From the NCBI GenBank assembly GCA_001179505.1, contig CDMY01000246.1, positions 1 to 64,000 on the forward strand: a DNA stretch of 64,000 bases. Direction: 5' to 3'. The translations under genes and the position numbers were made by a program. This DNA comes from Vitrella brassicaformis CCMP3155. Taxonomy: Eukaryota; Protista; Chromerida. Below are positions 11,861 to 22,654 of the stretch, piece by piece (positions within the stretch are counted from its first letter, which is position 1; each line of letters starts with the position of its first letter). Below the pieces are notes generated by a model. That model was given only the letters and a program-made list of their open reading frames with translations, did no database searches and was not told where the DNA came from.

Positions 11861-13792
11861 ACCCCCCCTCCACCTCTGTTGCGTCATGCTCACACCCCTC
11901 AGATATGCACGACCGCACACCGTCATCATTGTCCCCTCCTCCAACGGAACCCCGACCGTTCAGCAGCAGCCCCTCCTCACCCGTACACACCGTCGCACCA
12001 GGTAACGCCATATGCGCCCGATGTTCGTGGTCATCGTCCGCTGACGCCGATGCAGCTGCAGTAGCTGCAGTAGCTGTTGCTGCTGCAGCTGCCTGTGCGC
12101 GGTGGGAAGGGCCGCCCACACCGACATCGGTGATGCGGGCGTGCATCCCCATGCCCAGGTCAATGGCGGAGGGCTCGTTGGGGGGAATGGTGGCGCCCGT
12201 CGATGCGGCGTCGTATGCGTCCGTGGCGATGTTGCTCGTCTGCACACTGATAGCCGACAGGGCGTCGACAGATGCCGGCACCGAGGGGAGGTTGACGCGC
12301 ATAGAGGTTGGCGACCGGCCGCTGGTCGACGCGACGGCAGCCCTCTCGCCCACAGCCACCAGGGCGCTCCCGCTGCCCCCGTCCTCATAGCTGTTGGAAT
12401 GGGCGTAAACAGGCAGAGCCACGTGCGCCGAGCTCAGCTCCACCTCTCCATAAGCGTCGGCGGGGAACCGTGTGCCCTCTGACGGCGGCCCACCCGGCGG
12501 CAGCACCCCAGACACCGAGAAAGACACCTCACCGTCATCTGCCGGCACGTCCGACCGCGGCATGTCCCCTCCGTCCCCTCCCTCCGTCACCGAATGCACC
12601 GTCAGCGCCAGGTGCGTGTGGATCGACTCGGGCGGGTCATGCGCACCCGTCACGGGCGACTCGATGACCGGCGAGGGCGGGTCCCTCTGCGTCACTTCTG
12701 AGGGCGGCCCGGGGGGGCCCGAGGGCGCCGAGCTGACAGAGAGGGCGTCTGTGCCGATGGAGAGGGAGAGGGACGGCGGGGGGCGGGGCATGCGCAGGCA
12801 GAACGAGACGAAGTCGAGGACCCGCCTGGCGTACTCGCGCCGGAACCTGACCTCGATGTCGTTGTGCTCTGCGTTGGGCACCCACCATGGCCTGATGGAC
12901 TTGCTACCCGCGGCCTCGTGCAGCAGTCGGCCGTGGTGGAAGGGCACCTCCCTGTCACAGGTGCCGTGGATGACCAGCACGTTGCACCGGATCCGCTTGA
13001 GCTTCTCCACATTGCGGTAGAGGTCGAACCAGGGGCCGCGCTTGAGCGGGCGAAAGATGCGCAGCCCGCTGGCAATGGCCGAGTGCAGAATGAGGCCGGC
13101 CACGGGGCACTTGGGGTCGGCAGCAAGGTCGCATGAGGGGCCGGAGCCAACCGACTGGCCGTAGAGGATGATCAGGGAGGGCGCCACGCTGAGGTCCTCG
13201 GTGGCGTAGCGGTATGCGAGCCGGATGTCCCTGTAAGTGGACTTCTCGGATGGGAGAGGCGCGGCAGAGAGGCCGTACCCGCTGTACTCGTACGCCAGGA
13301 TGTTGGCCTTGACGTTCTTGGACAAATTGAACAAGTTGGGCTGACGTCAGTCAACACACAGCACACAGCAAAGTACACACACACAGAGATACATGGCGCC
13401 TCTCTCTCTCTCTCCCTCCCTCTCCCCCTTGTGTGTGTCCCTGTCCTCACCGTCATGAAGCCGATATCAGTCGAATTGCCGTGCGAGAAGATGATGAGCG
13501 GCGTGTTCTGGATGTCCCTCTGCGTGTGCCTGAAGAGGAAGGCCGGTATCCTGTGCCGCCCCTTGCCCAGCCACACGTGGTGCAGCTGCACCTTGGGCGC
13601 GTCCGACAGCGACAGACCCCGTATGTCAATGCGGTTGACCCCATGCACCAGGTACACGACGTCATCGTCGCCGTCCTTCTCCACTGCATAGCCCTCCGGC
13701 CTGGGGGGGAAGTATGCGAGGCGTCGGATGATGCGGTTTCGGCATCCCGTGACTGTGAGGCATCCGAGGCAGCAAAGCAGCCCACTGGACAT
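11859..13792 (-). CDS. ABHD17: ABHD17-family alpha/beta hydrolase (putative protein depalmitoylase) with a long low-complexity C-terminal tail, 2 exons
   Basis: N-terminal Cys cluster MSSGLLCCLGCLTVTGC followed by LAYFPP. FSHGNSTDIG; YEYSGYG; nucleophile elbow YGQSVGSGP; IHGTCDREVPFHHG; NAEHNDIE. An upstream in-frame extension is possible. Confidence 0.88.
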
Positions 13793-14412
13793 GGGCTCGG
13801 GGGGATGGCCGAGGGAGAGGCCGTCGTCCTGCTCGACCACCGCTGCCTCCTCCAGCCGCTGCCGCGGTAAGGATGCTGGGTCCAATGTACGGCGGGTGAC
13901 GTAGGCCTACCGAAAGAAAAAAGTCACCTAGGTCACAAGAGTTCGGTGGGTGCAAAGGCAACTTCCTTACGTGAGTCACAGGGATAAGCGCCAGGAAGAG
14001 CCGTCAGGGAGATGATGGTCTTCGGTATTGGTGCTCAGATCTGCAGACAGAGACAAGGACACAGCCATTGGGCGTTCCCATGCCTTGACGCCCCTCAGAA
14101 GGCTCTCTGCAGGGCATTCACAGGGTTTTTCCCCTTCTTTCGCCCACACCCTGAATGCCCTGAGGCTTCACCTTTCGCCTGTCAACCTTGAATCTCCCCT
14201 GATGCTTCGGTTCGGTATGCAACTCCTGTGGGCGAAAAGGTGGAGAAAACACCAAACCAGCAGAGTGCTGATCGATTTGCAGGCACAGACAGCCTGGCAT
14301 TGTGACCCACCTGGGACAGTTCCTTCTTGCAGCCTTCACGTATGGAGGAAACGGATTCCTCCTCACTGCGAGCTATAGAGCTCGCACACGCCGGTGGTTC
14401 CAGATCTCCCTG

Positions 14413-17400
14413 ATGATGAGGGCGGGGCATCTTCTCGTGGCTCTCCTGGCCACGCTCTGCCCATATGCATCATCATTTCGGCTGCACACTCCCGCCGGGC
14501 TCACTGCGAGGGCACCAATGGCCCGCGGCAGCGTCCATCGCAGCGGAAGAGTGCGGTGGGTGTCCATGCAGGGCGCATCGACGGCGACTGTCGTTGCGCA
14601 CGACATATTCATGCCGGCCCTGAGCAGCACGATGAATGAGGGCAAGATCGTGCAGTGGACCAAGGAGGAGGGTGATTTCATCGCCAAGGGGGACATCGTC
14701 ATGGTGGTCGAGTCGGACAAAGCCGACATGGAAGTCGAGAGCTTCTCAGAGGTCAGCACCTCATGACACACATAACATAGTGAGTGCAGCTGCAGATCGA
14801 GATCTTCTCCTTCTTCTTGTGTTTGCCAGGGTTATCTTGCAAAGAAGCTCGTGGATGCGGGCGGGACGGCCAATGTGGGCGAGACGGTCGGCCTCATAGC
14901 CGAATCCAAGGACGACATCGCGGCCGTGGCAGGCGGGCTCGGCTCCATCCCATCTGGCGATGCCAACCGGCACGACGGCACCACGACCGTCCGGATCCCC
15001 CCATCGCCCACCGCCCCATCGGACAGCGCCGGTGTGCCCGAGACCTTCATGGACGAGGCCGCCATCGCACAGATCGGCGCGCGAGAGGTCTTCATGCCAG
15101 CGTTGAGCAGCACGATGACTGAGGGGAAGGTGGCCAAGTGGCTCAAAGGGGAGGGCGATCGGGTGGAGGTGGGCGACGTGGTGATGGTGGTCGAGTCGGA
15201 CAAGGCCGACATGGACGTCGAAAGCTTTGAAGAGGTTGGGGGGGTGTGGCACCACGCACATGAGAGGATTGACGTGATTTCTGTGATGATTGATGATCGA
15301 TGGATTCAGGGATACCTTGCGAAGATCCTGGTGCCTGAGGGCTCGACGGCTCGCGTGGGCGAGACCTGTGCTCTCATCGCCGACACACAAGAGAAGATCG
15401 ACGTCGTCCGTTCAGCCGGCGTGCAGGCCATCGCATCAGGCTCCGGCAGCCGACACGACGGCACGACGGCCGTGTATGACCGGTCCGAGTCGCCCGCAGC
15501 GCCCGCCACCCCTGTGCAGGCGGCCCCTGTGGTGCTCGCCCCCTCGGTGCCGACCACTGATTTGTTCATGCCAGCCTTGAGCAGCACCATGACGGAGGGC
15601 AAGGTGACGCAGTGGCTCAAAAAGGTGGGTGACAAGGTGAATGTGGGCGAGATGGTCATGGTGGTCGAGTCGGACAAGGCCGACATGGAAGTCGAGAGCT
15701 TTGAAGAGGTCGGGGGGCCAATAACATGTCACGGCCAGGCATTCCTGGAATATTTCGTTCGTTGATGTCATTCGTTGTGTGTCGTTTGGTCGTTCAGGGG
15801 TATATTGCCAAGGTGCTGGTCGACGCGGGCGATGTGGCCAATGTGGGTGACCCAGTGGCACTGCTTGTCCAGTCGCCAGAAGACATCGACAAAGTCACAG
15901 CCGCTCCCAGGACCGGTGCACAGCCGGCCGTCCCACCCCCTGCTGCGCCCGCGGCAGCCGCAGCAACAGCAGCCGCAGCGGCCGGCCTCCCCGCCCCCTC
16001 CCGCCCCGTCATCTCTTTCGCAGCAGTCGACACGGGCAAGTACGCCAACGGCTTTGTGCCACCAACGTCTCTCGACCAGGATGTGAGGGCGCAGCTGCCC
16101 CCAGGGTATGACCCCGACACGGTGGCGGCGGTCTATCTCGACCAGCTCAGGTCAACGGCGCAGGGCCGGGCCTTCCTGGAGGACCTTGACTCGACCCCCA
16201 GGGGCCAGAAGGAGCTGCAGCTGATGCTGGAGCGGGTCAAGATCAGGGCGCCGCCACTGGGGGCACTGGTGCCACCAGATCAGGCCATTTCGGGCAGTCT
16301 CTTCCGCGAGAGCCCCCACGTCCGGGATCTGGCCGACAAGGCCGGCATCGACCTGTCGACGGTCAGCGGCTCAGGTCCGGGCGGCAGGATCCTCCCGCAA
16401 GACATCGCTGAGGCGGCATCGGGGAAGCGTGAGCACTGGGGCAAGGATGAGTACTACCAGCAGAAAAAGGCAGTATGGACGCCCGCTGAGGGTGTGGTGG
16501 CGGCCACACCGATGGCACGGCGGCTGGCCAAGGAGAAGGGCGTCGATCTGTCGAGCGTCAGAGGCACGGGCAACTTCGGCAGAGTGACTGGCGACGACGT
16601 CAGGAGGGCTCTCGGCATGCCAGTGGAGAAGGAGGAGCCAAGGCCAGCAGCGCCCCCCTCCAAACCAGCACCACCAGCACCAGCCGGCAGGCCATCAGCA
16701 GCCAAGGAGACGGCTCCCGTGAAGCCGATGGCGGCTGGTTTGGCGGCCATGGATGGCATGCAGAAGGCCGTGGCGCGCAACATGGAGGCGACGGTGTCTG
16801 TGCCGGTCTTCCGGGTGTCGAGGGCGATCGTCACGGATGCCTTCGATCAGCTGTACAAGGTGACGTGACTGATGACGGCTGCAGCAGACAAGAGATAAAT
16901 ACATGTCTGTCTGTCTCTGCGCGTTGCGCGTGTGTGTGTCTGGTCCAGGATGTGAAGGAGAAGGGCGTGACGGTGTCTGCATTGCTCGCCAAGGCTGTCG
17001 CCCTCACACTCGAGAAGGTGAGGAAGGAAGTCAACACACATCCACACACACATTACATCAATACACACGTATTTCGTGTGCAGCATCCCATCTTGAACGC
17101 CGCATATGACGTTGCCAATGGCGGCAGCATCAGGTGGGCCGCACCAACCACAGAGACACACACGAAAAGGCGAGAAAGGTACGCAGGAATCTCTTTTGTT
17201 GGTGCACACTTGCAGGCATCCTGGTGAGGTGAATGTGGCGATGGCTGTGGCTCTCGATGGCGGCCTCCTCACCCCCGTGCTCAAGCAGGCCAACGCGGTC
17301 GACATATTCCAGCTGTCAAGAGACTGGAAGGTGACACACGAGACACGCAGACATACATCCAATCAGGACGACCCAATTTGTGATGCTTGTCTGTGTGTGC

Positions 17401-18020
17401 TGCAGGAGTTGGTCAACAAGGCCCGCGACAAGAAGCTCGGTGCGGCAGAGATGAGCACCGGCACCTTCTACATCTCAAACCTGGGCATGATGGGCGTCAA
17501 CCAGGTGGGTGCGCTGCACTCGCAAGCTCTGCCGCACCAGTGGCTGTCTATGTCCTGATGTTGGTTCGCGTGTCGTGATGATCAGATGGACCCCATTTTG
17601 CCCCCGGGTGTGGGCGCCATCATGGGTGTCGGCGCCGCAATACCAAGGGTCACTGTGCAGGTGAGTGTGCGGACACGACCCGCATCGTGTACCATCTCTG
17701 TCGGTGTGAATGAATGTGTGTTGTGTTGGTTTGGTTTGGTTTGGTTGTTGGCAGGGTAATGGCTTCATCGGGGTGCAGAAGGAGATGACAGTGACGCTCA
17801 CATGCGACCACAGGCACATCTATGGCGCAGATGCAGCCGCATTCCTACAGGTGACAGACAGACAGCACACTCACCGAACAACCGATTGACGGGCCGACTA
17901 ATACGCACTTATTTCTCTGCCTGCCTGCCTGCCTGCCTGCCTGTGTGTTGTTGACTGACTGACACGCAGGACCTGGCCCATTTAATGGAGAACGATCCAC
18001 AGAGGCTCCTGATGGGGTGA
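14413..18020 (+). CDS. pdhC: Plastid-targeted pyruvate dehydrogenase E2 (dihydrolipoamide acetyltransferase): 3 lipoyl domains, 2 subunit-binding domains, catalytic domain
   Basis: Signal peptide MMRAGHLLVALLATLCPYASS followed by F and an Arg/Ser-rich transit peptide. Three copies of FMPALSSTMxEGK...VESDKADMxVE. Two PSBDs (SPHVRDLA...GSGPGGRI; TPMARRLA...GTGNFGRV). Catalytic GTFYISNLGM and LTCDHRHIYGA. Confidence 0.95.
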
Positions 18021-18433
18021 TAGATGATGCAAGAATGGGCGGTGACTGTCTGTTGACGTACCAATGAGCGTTGTCTGCGAACGAAGCGCTTTCTCGCCGG
18101 CCAGGAGAGGCTGATGGGGTTTTTTGAAATGATTTGCAATTGGCCGAACATGATGATCGCATCGTTACTTACTGCATGCACTCATACACTTGTGCGTTTG
18201 TGCCGTGTCTTGTTGTTGTGTGATTGCTGTGATGGATTTTGACGATGAGACTGCGTATGTGCGTGGTGATGGGTGATCAATCAACATCATGTACAGACAG
18301 TGCACAGACACCGCACATGCGTCAAAAAGACGCAGAAGCGACCCATGCCGCTGCCCGCGATCAGTCCCCTCCGCCCTAGGCAGATTGCGAAAAGGCAGTG
18401 AACGTGGTAAAGTCGACTTCCTTCCCTCCATAA

Positions 18434-18504
18434 GCATCTGTGGTCTAGTGGTAGAATACGCCGTTGCCATCGGCGTGACCCGTGTTCGATTCACGGCAGA
18501 TGCA
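18434..18504 (+). tRNA. trnG-GCC: tRNA-Gly (anticodon GCC)
   Basis: Acceptor stem GCATCTG/CAGATGC plus discriminator A. A-box TGGTCTAGTGG. Anticodon arm CGCCG-TTGCCAT-CGGCG. T-arm CCGTG-TTCGATT-CACGG. Length 71 nt. Confidence 0.96.
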
Positions 18505-18638
18505 CTTATATACTGTGCATGGATCCATTGCCAAACATTCCCTTACCGCCTTTTCCGCTTTCCCGCCTTTGCCGCTTTTTCCTCCCTTGCCACCCTTGCC
18601 GCCACCGCTTCTGCTTGACACGCCTCCTTTCGGGAAGT

Positions 18639-18677
18639 GGGTTTAGGGTAGGGTTTAGGGCTCAGGGTTTGGGGTTC
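18639..18677 (+). repeat. Short degenerate interstitial telomere-like repeat (TTTAGGG-type)
   Basis: gggtttagggtagggtttagggctcagggtttggggttc. Confidence 0.55.
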
Positions 18678-19069
18678 AAAGCGTGGGGTTGTGTCCAAAA
18701 TGCGAGATGCGGCAGCGGCGGTTTGTCCATGAGTGTTTTGATGCGCGTTGTGTGTGTCTGTTTCGTTTTCGCCTTGGTGAGAGTGGACAGAATGAATGAT
18801 GGCACGAAGAGGAATGCATAAAATGAGCGTCACCAAGTATCAGACAAGCATCAAAGTAATTCATCCATTCACCGATGCATCAATGAATCAATCAATGAGA
18901 GTCAATCAATCCATCCATCTCGCTGAGACGCGCGGCTGATTTGTTGCAAAGCCGTGACGCACTCGCCCTTCTCAGTGGGTTCTGGCGTGTCCGGCGCACT
19001 GTCATCCGTCGCTGCCGACTCGCTGGCCAGTCTGGTCGACGGCAGGGATATGTGGAGGCGGCCCGGTCC

Positions 19070-19705
19070 TCAGTGTGGCTGGTTGACGTTGACGCTGGCC
19101 ACCTCACCTCCGTCAGTGGGCACCGACGGGGCGGACGCCTCGTGTGTGTCACAGACTCCTCCATCATCCCCTCCACTGGCGGGGTGCGGCTGCTGCTGCA
19201 TGGAGCCGCTCGCAGAGTGGTCGTTCTGGTATTGGAACACGATGCCCTTGAGTTGGCCGTCAGTGAGCTCAGCCTTGATGCGCTTCCGCGTGATAAAGCC
19301 GCTTGTTGTCTTGGGGATGGTCCGTGGGGCGAGAAGGATCACCCTGGCGACCAGCAGGCCCACCTGCGTCTGAACCGTCCGGCAGATGGCCTGACAGATG
19401 GCCGTGTACTCGTCCTTCTTCCACCGCGGCAGATGGTGATGGAAGAGCCGCCTGTACCACGACGCCTCGGCGTTTCTGACCTCGGCGACCACCACGAGGA
19501 GCTCACCCTGGCACTCGCCCGCTGCCGCTGCTGTTGTGGTGGTGCCGCCGTTGGCGTCGGTCGAGAAGGCGGCGCAGCACCCTGGCCTGACGGCCTCGTG
19601 GCATCCCTCCACTGCCTCCTCGATGTCCTGAGGGCGGTAGTTTCGGCCGCGGACTATCACCATGTCCGGAACCACCAGCTGCGGATCCACCAGCTGCGGA
19701 TCCAT
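19070..19705 (-). pseudogene. Isolated C-terminal subdomain of a fatty acyl-AMP ligase (FAAL)-like adenylation enzyme; intronless fragment or truncated duplicate
   Basis: DMVIVRGRNYRPQDIEEAV, VRPGCCAAFS, LVVVAEV and IPKTTSGFITR match the FAAL C-terminal lobe. No N-terminal lobe is present upstream. The A10 Lys (SGK) is replaced by Phe. Confidence 0.65.
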
Positions 19706-20273
19706 CGCCTTTCCCGCCTTTCCCGGCTCTTCGCTTCTCTGGGAAGCTGCGAGCTTAGCTCGCAGTCCGGTCCCAGGGAAACGACAAAGGTTTAGTGCTG
19801 AATGAGGCGCGTGCACATCCCAATGGCGTCATGCAGGTGAAAGGAGCGCAAACCAGTGACGAAGCGTTGAAGCATTGATCTGTACGTGTCGGTGTGTGGT
19901 GTGTCAGATTCAGGCAGATCCCATCTTTCAGCCTGTGCGGTGTCCGCAGCGGCCCTGAAGCGCCGCCCTTGACACGTACAACACCATCAGAGAGGGCGCG
20001 GGGTGATGATAGAGAGAGCTCTTTGGATCTCTCGCTTCCTTGGTATCTCTCCTGTACGGCTCACCTCCTTCGCTCGGCTAAAGGACACGGCAGGCTGAAA
20101 GGAGGGCAGCGGGAGACCATCCATCCCTAAACCAACTCAGCCAGCCACAGCAAAGCAAACACTTCCCTCTCCCAAGGAACTACCAGATCATCGCCATCTT
20201 CTTTGCCGCCCTCCGCCTACTGCATCTCTTCGCCTGCTGACCGCTCGTCAACCAACAGCCCCCTCTGGCAATA

Positions 20274-21797
20274 ATGAAGGCTGCAATCGTCCTCTGCGCA
20301 TCGGCCATTCTACTGTCGTGTCCGACCCCGGCCGCCTCGCAGACCCCTGACGGCTATCAGCAGCAGCATGGTGTGTGTCACAAGAAAGAGAATGTCCATT
20401 ACGAGTGCCCTCGCGGCTACACTTATGACGATGAGAGCCTCAAGTGCATCAAACACGACCACATGGAGCCCTATACCTACTGCCCAAAGGTGGGTTAAAC
20501 GCACAAGGGAAAAGTACAAGCTGACATGAATGTGAATTGGTTTCCCTCGTGTGTGTCTGTGTGTTGCGTGTGCAGGGCACCAAAGAGACTGCCGATGGCT
20601 GCGTTAAGTATGTGTATCAGAAGAAGACGCCCTACTGCGAACACGGCAAGCTCGAGGGCCACAAGTGCATCCATCGCAAGTACACTGACGCCGAATACCA
20701 GTGCAAAGACGGCTACTCGTTTACTCATGACAAGAGCAAGTGCTTCGCCGACAAGTACACGGCCAAGCTCCACAAGTGCCCCGGTGGCTATGAGCTGACC
20801 AAGGACAAGAAGAACTGCATCAAGCACATCTATGCCGATCTCAAGTACTACTGTCCGAAGGTGAGTCATCACACCACACACACGACATTGAGCAAACAGA
20901 GGTGTGCATTGCCTTCTGTGTGTGTCTGTCAGCATTCGTATGCGACGGCCAAGGGCTGCAAGGTGACCACATACGAGGCGAAGGTCCCCTACTGCCACCA
21001 GGGCTACCTGGAGGGCGGCAAGTGTGTGGTCATCAAACACAGCTACCACTCCTATTACCCCAAGTGCAAGCAGGGCTACTCGTTCCGACGCCACAAGTGC
21101 GTCCTCGAGAGCTACCATGACGCGCGATACAAGTGCCCCCGTGGCTTCGCCTTCACTGACGACCAGAGCAAGTGCTACGTGGACAAGTACGTCGCCAAGC
21201 TGCGCGAGTGCCCCCACGGCTACAAGTGGAGCAGACACGACAGCAAATGCGTCAGATACGAATACGCCGACCTGAAGTACTACTGCCCAAAGGTGAGCGG
21301 ACAGGACAGATCAGCGGATGCACACTTGCAGACAGAATGCATGTGGCAGTTACGTTACCCATCTGTTCTGTTGCGTGTCTGTGTCTGCGATTCAGCACTC
21401 GGTGCTGACGCACAAGGGGTGCAAGTCGACCATTTATGAGGCCAAGGCACCCTACTGCACACACGGCAATCTGGAGGGCGACCACAAGTGTGTCGTCGAA
21501 GAAGCCTTCCTCGTCGACTATGAGTGCCCTGACGGCTATCAACTGACCAAGGACAGCAGCAAGTGCTATGCCAAGACGTTTGTGGACATCAAGTACTCGT
21601 GCGTGGACGGCTACAAGCTGTCCGAGGAGAAGGACAAGTGCGTCAAGGCGCTGTATGCTGACGTGGCCCACAAATGCCTTAAGGGCAAGCTGACTTTGAT
21701 AGCTGGCAGCTCTGGGTATGCCCCCGTGTGCTGCATCGACCTCTACTATGTTGGCAACGGCAGCAAATCCATCCGGGGCGGCAACACATTCCACTGA
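20274..21797 (+). CDS. Secreted Cys/Tyr/His/Lys-rich repeat protein, oocyst wall protein (COWP/OWP)-like, 4 exons
   Basis: Signal peptide MKAAIVLCASAILLSCPTPAAS. Many CPxGY/CKxGY...KC repeats. All three introns fall in phase 0 after YCPK. Confidence 0.75.
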
Positions 21798-22370
21798 TGA
21801 ATGGATTAGCGGGGGGTTCGTGTGTGGCTTTGTTCGTAGTGCGGCAGCCAGTGACAGCCCTGTCGATATGTAGCAACTGTAGATAGTTGCCTGCTCTCGC
21901 CTTAACTGCCCTGGCTTGGCCTCCCTGTCAGGCAGATATCAATGAATGGTGTTTGGTTGAATGAATCTCTCCCATAGTGTGGGTGGGGTGTCTGTCTGGT
22001 GGATGACCCAGTGAGTCATGTAGCTATTACTTCTCTTTGGTCAGTGGACGGACATCTTGAAGCCCATTCAGCTCATGTGTGAATGAGCACAGTTACTGTG
22101 TGCGACACATCCGACGAGTGACGGGTATGCACCTCAACAAAGGTGAGACATCCAAATTCCCCCGACAGGTCCCGTCCACTCCCAAACGCTTACACACATC
22201 TGTGCTGTGCAGCTATGGATGGATGGACGGATGGATGGATAGAAACTCAAGCAGGTGTGTGTGTAGTGTGTGTGGAGTACTTTGTAAGGTATAGGATGTT
22301 TGTGTGGCAGAGAGACACATTGAACCGCAGTCAGCCAGCCATAAGCAGGTCACCAACGCAAACACACATG

Positions 22371-22401
22371 CTCGAGCCGAGTCGAGCCGAGTCGAGCCGA
22401 G
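22371..22401. repeat. 10-nt tandem repeat (TCGAGCCGAG)x3
   Basis: ctcgagccgagtcgagccgagtcgagccgag. Confidence 0.75.
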
Positions 22402-22654
22402 CAAGAAGGTGTCTACACATGTACAGCATGGCGTTGCAGCCGTGGGTGGGAGCTGCCTGTCTGTCTGTCTGTCTGTCTGTTTATCCGCCATCTGTACATC
22501 ACGCCACCAGTTGCTTCTTCATGCGACATCCCTCCACACCCAGCGACAGCTGCTCTATCCTACAACACACGCAGGGAGGAGGGAGACCCTTGGTGACGCG
22601 CCCGTTTGTCGTTCGGTGTCCTCACCTATGCTGAGCCATTCATCTGAGAGATGG

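Noticed and set aside
11154-12390. + strand ORFs of 190 and 261 aa between WDR13 and ABHD17
   Set aside because: They are low-complexity UTR/intergenic sequence or antisense to the ABHD17 tail. No domain or splice support.
18545-19735. Similar pyrimidine-rich motif (CGCCTTTCCCGCCTTT) at ~18550 and ~19708 flanking the FAAL fragment as possible element ends
   Set aside because: It is short, low-complexity and imperfect, with no target-site duplication or terminal structure.
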